The notes beneath the pieces are model-generated. The model was not told where the DNA came from. It ran no database searches and saw only the letters and a program-made list of their open reading frames with translations. Below are positions 30,043 to 40,338 of a stretch of 64,000 bases of DNA, one piece after another. The position numbers were made by a program, and so were the translations under genes. The stretch is taken from the sequence record MW749003.1; one strand, 5' to 3'. The stretch's first letter is position 1. Each line of letters opens with the position of its first letter.

Positions 30043-33000
30043 ATGTCATTTTTTAAAGGTATTCGGAACATAGAAAGAGTTCAATATGATCTAGTGCAAT
30101 ATTGTGACAAGGAATTTGTTCCAAAATTTATAGCAAGTCAAAATATTGATGAAGATAAATTATACGATACTATTGATTTTAGTTTACAGTTAGCTGAAAA
30201 ATTACATTTAGATTATAATATGTGTTTCACTATTGCAGTAATGCATGATTTTGGTTATATTGAGGAAGATGAAAATAATTTTAATACATTAATGAGCATA
30301 AAAGCAGATCAATTTTTATTGAGATATTTTGATGGAAGTCAAATGGAAATTATTGAGTCTGCTTGTAAAGAACACGATGGTACAAGTAGAGAAACAGGAA
30401 TATTTACATCTTTATATTCAAAGGTTATTGCAGATGCAGATAGGATGTCAATATTAAGAATTGAAGCTATGATTCGTCATTATTGGAAATTCTATTCTAG
30501 TCAAAAGGCATTTTCTAATACAGATGAGCGTCCTAATAAACTAACAGATAAAGAAATTTTTGATAAGATGTATAGTTTTCTTAAAAAAGAGTATGGTACA
30601 ATTGTATCAAAAAATAAATTATTGTTAGAAGCATCAAGAGAAATGATGAAAGATGAAATAGAGAATTCTAATAAAGTATTAAGCTCTGAAGAAGACACAA
30701 AAAGAATGGTTCTACATTTAGCTACTTATGGGGAAATCCAAATAAATAATGATGGAACGCTTACCGTAGAAAAAATAACTAAAGAGCCAATCAGTGAATC
30801 AGATCCTTTTGAATTATTTGAAAAAAATATAAAAGAATCAGTAGATGAACAACTACTAGAAGCCGCACCAAAGAATCTATCAAAGAGACAAAAGGTAGAA
30901 GATTTAATATATAAGGTACTTTCAGTTTTAGATGATACTGGAGCTAACTTGAGAAAATATAAAGAGTTCTTTGGTAAAATGAACGATGAACAATTTGATA
31001 GATATATGAAAAAATTCCTAAAAGATGAAGATGAAAATTTTTATCTTGAAATTTTACCTAATAAAAGTGAACCTTCATTAAAGCAAATTAAAAAAGCACT
31101 AGATATCTTAAAAGTACCAACTGATGAATATGTATATCTTCGACATGATGGTCATAAAAATGATCCTATTAGAACTGCATATAAAGTACCTGTTGGTTAT
31201 ATTACAATTAAGCGGGTACAACAGATCCTAAGTAAAAAGAATACTTATTCTCTTGATATTGCACAAAGAAACATGAAATCGGGTTATAATTGGCTCTCCA
31301 TTATAGCAATATAATGGCAAACACTCTCCTTAATTTCTGGGATATCCTAATTTTTAGGACAATCAGAAGCGAATTTGAATAAAAACCTAATATTCAAAAC
31401 GTTCAACGACTATCCGAAAGCAATCATACGATTGTGAGTAGCGGTGAAATTCCGCAATAGGAGTACGGCTCAAGCTATTGGAGTGGGTGAGAATCCCTTA
31501 AATGGAAACAGGAGGTATCCTTAACGGATAAAGATATAGTCTCGTCTCTATGGTAACATAGAGCAGTTCATAAGAGAACGCAGTAGATGTAGCGAGTCTA
31601 CTGGAAGATACGCAAGTTACAGGTAATGACAAAATTGCCAGAATATCTGATATTGAATCATATAGTCTTGTTGCTATAGGAGCTGATAATGCTTTAAAAG
31701 AATTCCTTGGACCACGAGCTAGATTATTGGCTCGTAATTTCCTTAATTGCTGGAAACTCCTTAGAGCTTATTAGACCACAACGTGACTGGTAACAGTGAG
31801 CGTGAAGGTTATAAGAACTAATAAGATTGGACAATCAGCAGCTAAGCTTTTATATAATTCTTTAAAAGAGCTGACAATGCTAAAACAAAAATATATTTAA
31901 ATTTAGTGTTGGAGGTAATTAAATTTTATGCCTAGAAGAAAAAGCAATGAGGAATTTATGAATGAAGTTATAGAGTTAGTAGGGGAAGAATATACATTTT
32001 TAGAGAAGTATGTACGATCACTGACTAAAATAAAGGTAAAGCATAATATTTGTAATAATATATACATGGTTACTCCTAATGATTTCCTAAATGGTGGAAA
32101 AAGATGTCCTAAATGTACTGTTCAAAAAATGGCTGATCGGTCAAGAATGACAAATGAGGAATTCATTAATAGAGTAAAAAAAGTAACTAAAAATGATTAT
32201 ACCTTTCTAGAAAAATATAATGGTACTAATAACAATTTAAAAGTAATTCATAATATTTGTGGATATAAATATTGTGTATCACCTAATAATTTCCTAAATG
32301 GTGGAAAAAGATGTCCTAAATGTGCTAATAATATTAAAAGAACAAATAAGGAATTCGTTAATGAAATTAGCAAATTAGTAGGAGAAGAATATACTTTTTT
32401 AGATGAGTATATAAATACTGATACGCCTATAAAAATTATTCATAATATTTGTGGTCATAAATATAAAACTTCCCCTAAAGAGTTTATTCATAGAAATTCT
32501 CGTTGTCCAAAGTGTAATTTTCTTAATAATGAATCTTTCTTTTCTAAAGTTATAAAAAAGACATTAAATGAATTAAATATTTATTTTATTCAAGAATATT
32601 CTATTAGAGAGTTGGGTAAAGGTAAAAAATTTGATTTTTATATACCTAGTTTAAACCTATTAATAGAGTATGATGGTAGCCAACATTTCTACCAAAAATT
32701 TAATGATAAAAATGGTTTCTTGTCACAGATAAAAAGAGACCAAGAAAAGAATGATTTTATAAAAAATAGTGAATACACTTTGATTAGAATAAGTTACAAA
32801 ATCAATAAAAACCTAGACATAATAATTAAAGAATTAATAAAAGAAAGTTCAACGACTATCGAAAAATATAATCTATTATTAATTAATAAAAATAATGTAG
32901 TAAATTTTAACAAATATTACAAGAATGCTAATATTAATTATTTTGATTATATTAAGTAGAGTACCCTACAAGCTATTGGTAGTATACTTCTGGGATGAAG

Positions 33001-33352
33001 TATAGTATAGAAAATTTTCTATATTGGGAAACAGGAAACTTAGAAGATATAGTCTCAACTTCTATGGAAACATAGAGCAGTTCATTAATACTATTTTAAA
33101 TAGTATTATGAGAACGCAATGAGTGTAGCGAGCTCATTGGAAGATAACTTGGATAACTCTGTAGCAAAGACAGATATGTATAAAAATATTAATTTATATG
33201 GATATACTTATCTAAAAGATTTAGGTCATGATATTACTGAAAATCAAACTCTTAATACCATGTATGTATATCTAATGGGTGCTGGATTAGGGAATGATTT
33301 ATTAAAAGAGGATACTAATTTAGAAGAACTATTAGATAAAAAAGGAAAGTGA
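30043..33352 (+). CDS. HD-domain / virion RNAP beta C-terminal piece fusion, spliced (exons 30043-31284, 31613-31720, 33152-33352; about 516 aa)
   Basis: MHDFG...DADR HD motifs; VGYITIKRVQQ..KK and MKSG|QVTGNDKIARISDIESYSLVAIGADNALKEFLGPRA|DN align with beta C-terminal GQRFGEME..AL.AYGA...L.E.LT.KSDD; late promoter 30005. Confidence 0.8.
31285..31612 (+). mobile_element. group IA2-like intron, no ORF (328 nt)
   Basis: exon ends GGU; ttaatttctggga, aatcagaag, ttcaacgacta, aagatatagtc; terminal G31612. Confidence 0.9.
31721..33151 (+). mobile_element. group IA2-like intron with homing endonuclease (1431 nt)
   Basis: P1 acgagcu/ggcucgu with U.G at splice site; P7 gacta/tagtc; terminal G33151. 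Confidence 0.92.
31928..32959 (+). CDS. intron-encoded homing endonuclease (three Zn-ribbon repeats plus Vsr/DUF559-like nuclease)
   Basis: H.IC...Y...P..F.....RCPKC x3; FDFYIP...IEYDGSQHF. Confidence 0.85.
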   Translation: MPRRKSNEEFMNEVIELVGEEYTFLEKYVRSLTKIKVKHNICNNIYMVTPNDFLNGGKRCPKCTVQKMADRSRMTNEEFINRVKKVTKNDYTFLEKYNGTNNNLKVIHNICGYKYCVSPNNFLNGGKRCPKCANNIKRTNKEFVNEISKLVGEEYTFLDEYINTDTPIKIIHNICGHKYKTSPKEFIHRNSRCPKCNFLNNESFFSKVIKKTLNELNIYFIQEYSIRELGKGKKFDFYIPSLNLLIEYDGSQHFYQKFNDKNGFLSQIKRDQEKNDFIKNSEYTLIRISYKINKNLDIIIKELIKESSTTIEKYNLLLINKNNVVNFNKYYKNANINYFDYIK

Positions 33353-33356
33353 TATT

Positions 33357-34361
33357 ATGGAGAATAAAAGTAAAAACAATCCCCTTGAGATAAAAGGGGA
33401 TTTTGTTTCATTAGCAGAAAATTTAAAATCATTTTTTTCTAAAGAATTAAAGGAAAATATTATTATTGATAAAGATAATATGCTATTAGAATATGATTCA
33501 AATTTTGAGAAAGAATATTCATTCCCCTCAATCAAAATTGTAGAATCCAATAATAAATTAGTTGAAAGTAAATTTAAACAAATAGAATCTAGACTAAAAG
33601 AAAATTATCAATTTACTAATTATGATCTAAATATAGATGAAGATAAATCAAATAATATAAAGTATATTAGTCACCATTACAATTTAAAGGAAAATAAAAA
33701 TGTTATCTTATCTATAAACATGATTAAGGATAATACGAGATATGATAAAATTATTGAGAGTGTTAATATAAGCCTAGTATTTAGTAATCCTGTTATTACT
33801 GAAACTACGCATTTGGGAATCACAAAAACTAATATTTTAGAAGAAGATTTGTTAATGGAATCAGTATTTAAAAGAAATAAATATAATAATGAATTAGAGA
33901 ATATGGATCGAATAATGCGAATTAATAGTATCTCTACTGTTAACTTATTAAATGTTTTTGATAGTAAATTGGTTAGCATGTTAGAAAGAAGATTTGGAAC
34001 TTCTTTAAATGGAAATAAAGAATATTACACTACTTACAAAAAATCTTATGAAAAGGATCTTTTATTAAGACATTTTGTAGGAGAATATAATAAATTAGTA
34101 AACAACAAAGCATTGCCAAAGCATATTAGTTTTGCTTTCTCAGGACTGTTATATAAGGGACAAATGTACCCATTGTTAATTTCTATTAATAATAATATTA
34201 ATAGGGTGATTGGAGTTTACTGTTTCTTATTAAGTCCAGATACTGAAAATGAGGGTGTTTATCAGATAGGAAAAGCTGAATTATACCACTCACCAGTTGA
34301 TTCACTAGCAAGTGATATATTAAAAGTACGTAAAGTTCTTAAGTGTTCATATTTTGGATAA
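33357..34361 (+). CDS. hypothetical protein, possibly head-internal
   Basis: follows the vRNAP gene; DLLMES motif mid-protein. Confidence 0.5.
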   Translation: MENKSKNNPLEIKGDFVSLAENLKSFFSKELKENIIIDKDNMLLEYDSNFEKEYSFPSIKIVESNNKLVESKFKQIESRLKENYQFTNYDLNIDEDKSNNIKYISHHYNLKENKNVILSINMIKDNTRYDKIIESVNISLVFSNPVITETTHLGITKTNILEEDLLMESVFKRNKYNNELENMDRIMRINSISTVNLLNVFDSKLVSMLERRFGTSLNGNKEYYTTYKKSYEKDLLLRHFVGEYNKLVNNKALPKHISFAFSGLLYKGQMYPLLISINNNINRVIGVYCFLLSPDTENEGVYQIGKAELYHSPVDSLASDILKVRKVLKCSYFG

Positions 34362-34471
34362 ATAAATAATGGAATATCATACGGTTTAACAGCCAAATAT
34401 GATATTCCATTTATTAAACAAATAATTAATTTCCACTAAACTATTATTATGAAAGGGGTAGAACATGAGAA

Positions 34472-35422
34472 ATGAAGAACAAGAGAGCAAAAAGAACTCT
34501 AAATGTGTTCTCTGTTCTAGTATTTGCATTTTTATTATTACTCCTAATGGGAAGTAATTATGTCATCAATCTAGCTAATACTAGTTCTGAGAAAATAAGC
34601 TCTGCTATAGAAAATCAGAACCGACAGCATGCTAGGAGTAATCTCTTATATTTTAATGATAAATTAACAAGGGATTACGAGAACGGTAAATTAGATGTTA
34701 CCAATCCAAAACAACTAGAGAAATGGGCTACTGATAATTTAAGAACAGTAAAATCAGATTCAACATTTAATAATTTTGCTGTAATTGAAGTTGAATATAG
34801 CAAAGCAAGTAAAGAGTATATTGGTAATTATATTTGGCGTGCATCTCCACAAAATATTGATAATGGTCTAGGATATATGACTACCTATGATATCATTATT
34901 AATCAAGAGAAAGCCAGAGTCTTCTTTTCCAATAATAAAGATATTGGTGGGAAATATCCATTTATTTCTTATAATTTAATTAAGAATTCCTATAAAGGAA
35001 AGATCAGCGACTTAATTAAAGAAGAAATCATTAGATATAAAAATCCAGATGAAGTCCAAGATACCTTAAATGCTATGTATGAAGGATCAGTAAGTGGCAA
35101 CAATGATAATTACACTTGGAAATATAATAATGGTAAAGAAAGCTTTATTGAATGGACAACAGTTCCTTTAGAATCTACTATTGGACTGAATGATGAACCA
35201 AAAAATAAACGTGGATTAATAAATCCTAATTATAAAAGAATTATTATAGCATGTTCAGTTGATAAAGATTATGTTAACCAACCATTTAAGAAACAAATAA
35301 CAGATCTAGAACACTTTAAAGAGTGCGTTTTAATAGGAGTTAGTTTGTTTGTATTTCTCTCTATTGGTTTAATTCTCTATTTTACTTGGCTGATTTGCTA
35401 CAATAATAACCACAAAAAATAA
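34472..35422 (+). CDS. two-TM protein with a large extracytoplasmic domain
   Basis: TM helix at each end, about 250-aa soluble middle; late promoter 34417. Confidence 0.6.
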   Translation: MKNKRAKRTLNVFSVLVFAFLLLLLMGSNYVINLANTSSEKISSAIENQNRQHARSNLLYFNDKLTRDYENGKLDVTNPKQLEKWATDNLRTVKSDSTFNNFAVIEVEYSKASKEYIGNYIWRASPQNIDNGLGYMTTYDIIINQEKARVFFSNNKDIGGKYPFISYNLIKNSYKGKISDLIKEEIIRYKNPDEVQDTLNAMYEGSVSGNNDNYTWKYNNGKESFIEWTTVPLESTIGLNDEPKNKRGLINPNYKRIIIACSVDKDYVNQPFKKQITDLEHFKECVLIGVSLFVFLSIGLILYFTWLICYNNNHKK

Positions 35423-35444
35423 AAGAAAAGGAGCATTGATAACC

Positions 35445-35846
35445 ATGCCTAACCATACTGATGACACAATTGTCAGAATCTTATGGGTGGTAGTGATTAG
35501 CTTCTTTTCCGCATTCGCCAAGGAACTTAATGATCGTGCCAAAAACCCTAAAGAAACGTTTCTCTTATTTCTGAGTGAGGTTCTTCTAAACGGTGTTTGT
35601 GGTGCGATCACTGGAGTTCTAGCATTTAACCTCACGGATAATATCTATACAATATCTGCTATTTCCGCAATCGGAGGATTAATGGGAATGAACCTCATCA
35701 AATACATTACTAAGCTTGGCATTGTTTATGTTGCGGCATTGAGAAATATAAACGTAGATGATCTTAGTAAAATTAATTTAGATGATGAAAAGCCTAGCGA
35801 AGAAGAAAAGAAAGAGAACACTACAGAAGAAAAAAGGGAATCCTAA
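35445..35846 (+). CDS. putative holin (three TM helices, charged C-terminal tail)
   Basis: three hydrophobic helices, G..G..G.MG motif, EEEKKE tail; SD aaaggag favours ATG 35445. Confidence 0.6.
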   Translation: MPNHTDDTIVRILWVVVISFFSAFAKELNDRAKNPKETFLLFLSEVLLNGVCGAITGVLAFNLTDNIYTISAISAIGGLMGMNLIKYITKLGIVYVAALRNINVDDLSKINLDDEKPSEEEKKENTTEEKRES

Positions 35847-36078
35847 GATAATTAAAGAAGAATAGTCTAATAACTCACTGTTCTTCTTTGAATTATCATG
35901 GCATGAGTTATAATGCTTCTTTTATGTTTTAATTTTATTACTTTTGAGTTATTATTTTAATATAAGAATAAAATTATACTGTACAGTATAATTTTTCAAT
36001 TGCATTTAATTGTCATTACCTTAAATGAAATATAAGAATATATTATTAATTTGTATATTTTATTAAGGAGGATATTAA

Positions 36079-37654
36079 ATGTCATATATTGAAATCGATA
36101 AAGAATTTTTTATTAATAATATTCAGCCAGAGTTTGAAACTGATTCAGAAATTAATATTCAGGGTAGATCTAAACTTAGATATGGTGCATCAATGTTAGA
36201 ATTAAATCCAAATTCACTAGAATGGGATGACTTAGAAAAAATATATGACATTGCTCAGAATAAAGGCAATAGGTCTGTTATGATGCAAGTTTCAGCGATC
36301 AAGAATTTAATCTCTGACTTTGAAGGAGCTAAGATAGCTAATTTAAAAGCACTTGCAGTTGCACTACCTTCATACTTTAGTGATAATTTAATTGACGGAT
36401 GGATTTATTCTTTGGATAGAAAAAATAATCCAGTCACAGTTGATCCATACTTAATTACAGATATTCGCTACTATCCTCCTAAAAAGGATGATCCAGCGTC
36501 TGTTTCTATTAGATTAGTTGCTAATTCACCTCGTCAAAGTAGCCGCGATAAACGTTATACACGTAGTATCTATTTTGATAGTAGTGATATCAGAGGGAAA
36601 ACAATTCCTCAAATACTGGCAAAAGAGAATCTGTTTCATGAAACAGAGGAACTAAAAAATATCTATCTAGAACAATTAGAATTATTTAATAAATATCAAC
36701 CTCAAAAAACGAAGCAATGGTTATATAGACATAGCAACTAAAAATAGATTTATCAATGATGAAGGAATAATTAAACGAGTTTTTAATGAAGAGTATGATC
36801 CTTATTACTGGAGAAACGAAGCAGGAGTGGACAAAAAATTTGATAGAATTCCACAACATTGCTATATTTTTGGTTTTAACTTAGATACACATAAATATAC
36901 ATGGGTACATGCTACTAATATGAAACCATATGAATACGACACTGGTCTAAGAGATAAGCTAATACTCCCTCAACGACATAAGGATTTAATTGACATTCTA
37001 GTAAGTGATCTTGATATTCTTAAAGAAGATATAATTGAAGGTAAATCTGGTGGAACTACTATATTAGCTACAGGCAAACCGGGACTTGGTAAGACTCTTT
37101 CAGCAGAAATTTATTCTGAAGCAATTGAAAAACCACTATATAAAGTTCATTCAGGGCAATTAGGATTGAGCTCAAAAGATGTTCAAGAAAATCTAGAAGT
37201 AATATTAAAGAGAGCTTCACGTTGGGGAGCAATTGTATTATTAGATGAAGCTGATGTTTTTATTAGAGAAAGAGGAAATGATTTGCAACAAAATGCTGTC
37301 GTTGCAAGCTTCTTAAGAACACTGGAATACTTTGATGGTATTTTATTTATGACAACTAACAGGGAATTTGATGTAGATGATGCTATTAAATCAAGATGTA
37401 TTGCTGTTATTAGATATGAAACACCTTCTGAAGAAGATGCTAAAAAAATATGGAAAGTATTATCTACTCAATTAGAAGTAAACCTTAGTGATGAATTAAT
37501 TGATCAGTTAGTGCTTAAGTTCCCAGAAGCATCAGGACGTGATATTAAAGAACTATTAAAACTTACATCAAGATTTGCCAAAGGAAAAAATGAAGAAATC
37601 TCATTAGAACTGTTTAGACAGTGTGCTCAATTTAGAGCTATTAAAATCAAATAG
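36079..37654 (+). pseudogene. AAA+ ATPase gene split by a +1 frameshift (ORFs 36079-36741 and 36827-37654)
   Basis: +1 frame open from 36680; GKPGLGKT, LLDEAD, MTTNR, SRC; second ORF lacks a well-spaced SD. Confidence 0.6.
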
Positions 37655-37662
37655 AAGGAGTT

Positions 37663-38001
37663 ATGATAATGGGTAATATTCTTACTGAAATAAAAGCATT
37701 TGATACTAATTATATACAAAAAGGTGATGCTATTAAAATTATTTCACCTGAAATTTTCTCTAAATTAGGTGTTAATAATAGGAATGCGATAATTTCCGAA
37801 ATTAAAGATAATGGTCAGGAGCTGGTGTGCTTTTTTGTATCTGATACGTATGTAAATACTTCTCCTTTTGGTGTTATCTTTAATGGTGATAATTACAAAA
37901 TTTTATCAATTAGAATAAATGTTAAAGATGTAGTCAATAATATGATTATGGTTGAAAAATTAATTCCTGAAGAAGTTTCACAATCAAGTGAGATTTTATA
38001 A
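37663..38001 (+). CDS. hypothetical protein
   Basis: SD aaggag; 112 aa. Confidence 0.5.
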   Translation: MIMGNILTEIKAFDTNYIQKGDAIKIISPEIFSKLGVNNRNAIISEIKDNGQELVCFFVSDTYVNTSPFGVIFNGDNYKILSIRINVKDVVNNMIMVEKLIPEEVSQSSEIL

Positions 38002-38069
38002 TATAAATAAAGAATGAAATAGCTAATAATGCTATTTCATTCTTTAAATAACTTTAAAGGAGTAACATA

Positions 38070-38528
38070 ATGGAAAATTTATGGGAAATGAATGATGAAA
38101 TAGAAACTTTAAAAGATTCAGATAATAATGAATATCTCTATCATATTACTGATAAAAACAATTTAGAAAAAATAATGAAAGATGGGCTTGATCCAACATC
38201 TAAAAAAGTAACAATAAATGAACAGAATCTAATTTATCTTACATCAGACTATAATTTTATAATCGAAAATGATGATGAATTTTGGAGGAATAATTTAGTA
38301 TTATTAAAAGTAATTATTAATGGAATTAAAGATAATTTAGAACCAGATTATGAGTATGATGTAGGTTTAGACATTAATGGTAATCCCCACCCAATTAAAG
38401 CTGTAACTTATGATAAAAAGATTGATTCTAAGAGAATTTCAATTATTGGGGAACTTGAATTATACCCATTAGAAAATGTACCTTTTCCTATGTATCATGG
38501 AAAAATCAAAAATAAAGGGGATATGTAA
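38070..38528 (+). CDS. ADP-ribosyltransferase-fold protein (Tpt1/KptA- or DarT-like)
   Basis: YLYHITDKNNLEKIMKDGL.P...IYLT. Confidence 0.55.
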   Translation: MENLWEMNDEIETLKDSDNNEYLYHITDKNNLEKIMKDGLDPTSKKVTINEQNLIYLTSDYNFIIENDDEFWRNNLVLLKVIINGIKDNLEPDYEYDVGLDINGNPHPIKAVTYDKKIDSKRISIIGELELYPLENVPFPMYHGKIKNKGDM

Positions 38529-38529
38529 A

Positions 38530-38784
38530 ATGGCAAATAACTACACAGGTTACACAAGTGAATTTGGTTTGTTATTATATTCAAATAAAAAATATAATAG
38601 AAAAAATGTATTTAAAAGATTAAGATGTAAACATGATGTAATTACAAAAGATAGATGGGTAGAAGCAGGTTTCTACCCAACAGATTATAGTATTTATTAT
38701 TGTGAAAAATGTGGAAAAATCAAAAATATTAAAAAATGGAGTGGTGAAAAGAGAAAATTAAAATTTGGTAGAATAAGAAGATAA
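38530..38784 (+). CDS. small Zn-binding hypothetical protein
   Basis: CKH...YCEKCG; ATG 38530 after gggga. Confidence 0.45.
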   Translation: MANNYTGYTSEFGLLLYSNKKYNRKNVFKRLRCKHDVITKDRWVEAGFYPTDYSIYYCEKCGKIKNIKKWSGEKRKLKFGRIRR

Positions 38785-38893
38785 AATAAAATATATTTCT
38801 CCTTCTTATGTATTCTCTTTTTAATAGAAAAAATTTAGAGAATTCCTAACAAGTAATTGAAAATCTTGTTATACATGAGAGGGGAAATTCTTA

Positions 38894-40159
38894 ATGTCAA
38901 TCTTAACTGAAACAATGCGTAAAATTATTAGTAAAGAAAAAATTGGTGAAGAAAATACTTATACTCCTTCCTATAGGACTGGAATTGATCTTTTTGACTA
39001 TCGTAATGGTCGTAGAGAGAGTGGAACTAAAAAAATTGGTGTTGACGGTGGAAAGGTTCTTACAGTTGTAGGTAAATCAGGTACAGGTAAATCAACTCTT
39101 GCTATTGAATTTGCTAGTAGTATTGTTGAACCATATAAAGAAGGTCAAGTCTATCATTTAGATTTTGAACGAGCATCGACTCTGTCTCGTATTCAAACTA
39201 TCACTGGTTGGTCAGATGAGAAGATTAAAGAAAAATGGATTCTATTGAATCGTGGTATTTATAGTGAAAGTTTATATCAATTGGTTAAATCACTATCTAA
39301 AATTAAACTTGAAAAATTTGAAGAATTAGCTTTGGATACAAATGAAGTTGATTTGCATGGTAATGATGTAAGAGTTCTTCCTCCAACAGTTATTCTTCTT
39401 GATTCTTGGGCTACTCAGATGCCTCAAAGTATTTCTGAAGAAGAAAAACTATCAGGTTCCATGTCAGCAACATCTATTGCTAAGACAAATAATGCTATTA
39501 TTAAACGTATTATGGGTGATCTTGAACAAGCAAATATTATCCTGATTATTATTAACCATATTACTCAAAAAATTGAAATTAACCCAATGGCTAAAACACA
39601 AGCTCAAGTTAACTATTTCAAACAAGATGAATCTATTCCAGGGGGAACTTCTTGTATCTATCTTGCTAATACTCTTTTAAAACTTGTTTCTTCAAGTAAA
39701 CTAGAGCCAGATAAAGAGTTTGGAATTAAAGGATTTAAAGTAAATGGTGAGTTAATTAAATCACGCTCTAATAGTGCTGGAAATAAATTTGAGATGGTAT
39801 TTGACCAAGAAAAAGGTTTTGATAATGTTCTTACTAACTATTTACTACTAAAATCTAATGGTGTTATTGGTGGCGCAGGTAGAGGATTCTATCTCAATAC
39901 TCTTCCAGATGTAAAGTTTTCTCAAAAAACAGTTAAAGAAAAGTATGAAACTTTACCAGAATTTAAAGCTGAATTTGATCGTTTAGTTGAAGAGATTATG
40001 GATGAATTCCTATCCGGTATTGATCTCTCAGAAGATAATGATAATCTTACATTGGAAGAAAACATTGAAGGTAACATTTGGAGAGCTAGTGACGGTCAAT
40101 ATTATAAATTTGATGATGAAACTGAGGAAGTTGAATTAATTGAAAATTATGGAAAATAA
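38894..40159 (+). CDS. recA: RecA/UvsX recombinase
   Basis: GKSGTGKST, YHLDFERA, ILLDSW, IIINHIT, PGG, IKSR. Confidence 0.88.
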   Translation: MSILTETMRKIISKEKIGEENTYTPSYRTGIDLFDYRNGRRESGTKKIGVDGGKVLTVVGKSGTGKSTLAIEFASSIVEPYKEGQVYHLDFERASTLSRIQTITGWSDEKIKEKWILLNRGIYSESLYQLVKSLSKIKLEKFEELALDTNEVDLHGNDVRVLPPTVILLDSWATQMPQSISEEEKLSGSMSATSIAKTNNAIIKRIMGDLEQANIILIIINHITQKIEINPMAKTQAQVNYFKQDESIPGGTSCIYLANTLLKLVSSSKLEPDKEFGIKGFKVNGELIKSRSNSAGNKFEMVFDQEKGFDNVLTNYLLLKSNGVIGGAGRGFYLNTLPDVKFSQKTVKEKYETLPEFKAEFDRLVEEIMDEFLSGIDLSEDNDNLTLEENIEGNIWRASDGQYYKFDDETEEVELIENYGK

Positions 40160-40291
40160 TCTCAAGATGAGAATAGTGTAATTTACACTATTCTCATTAT
40201 CTTTTTCCAATTTATTTTTTAGATATATATTATAAAAAAGAATTCCCATTGTCTAAAGGGAATGAAAAGTCTATATCAGACAAATAAAAAT

Positions 40292-40320
40292 TTGCTTTTT
40301 GTTGGAAAATATGTTATAAT
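40292..40320 (+). promoter_or_regulatory. host sigma-A-type promoter
   Basis: TTGCTT-17 nt-TATAAT with an extended -10 TG. Confidence 0.55.
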
Positions 40321-40338
40321 AAAAGGAGGAAAACTTAA

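Noticed and set aside
30043-30650. HD domain as a Cas3-like CRISPR nuclease
   Set aside because: No cas genes, helicase or repeat-spacer array in the window.
33119-33151. ATG starts at 33119, 43932, and TTG starts at 48060, 58291
   Set aside because: These lie in intron P9 or terminal sequence; the true exons start after the terminal G.
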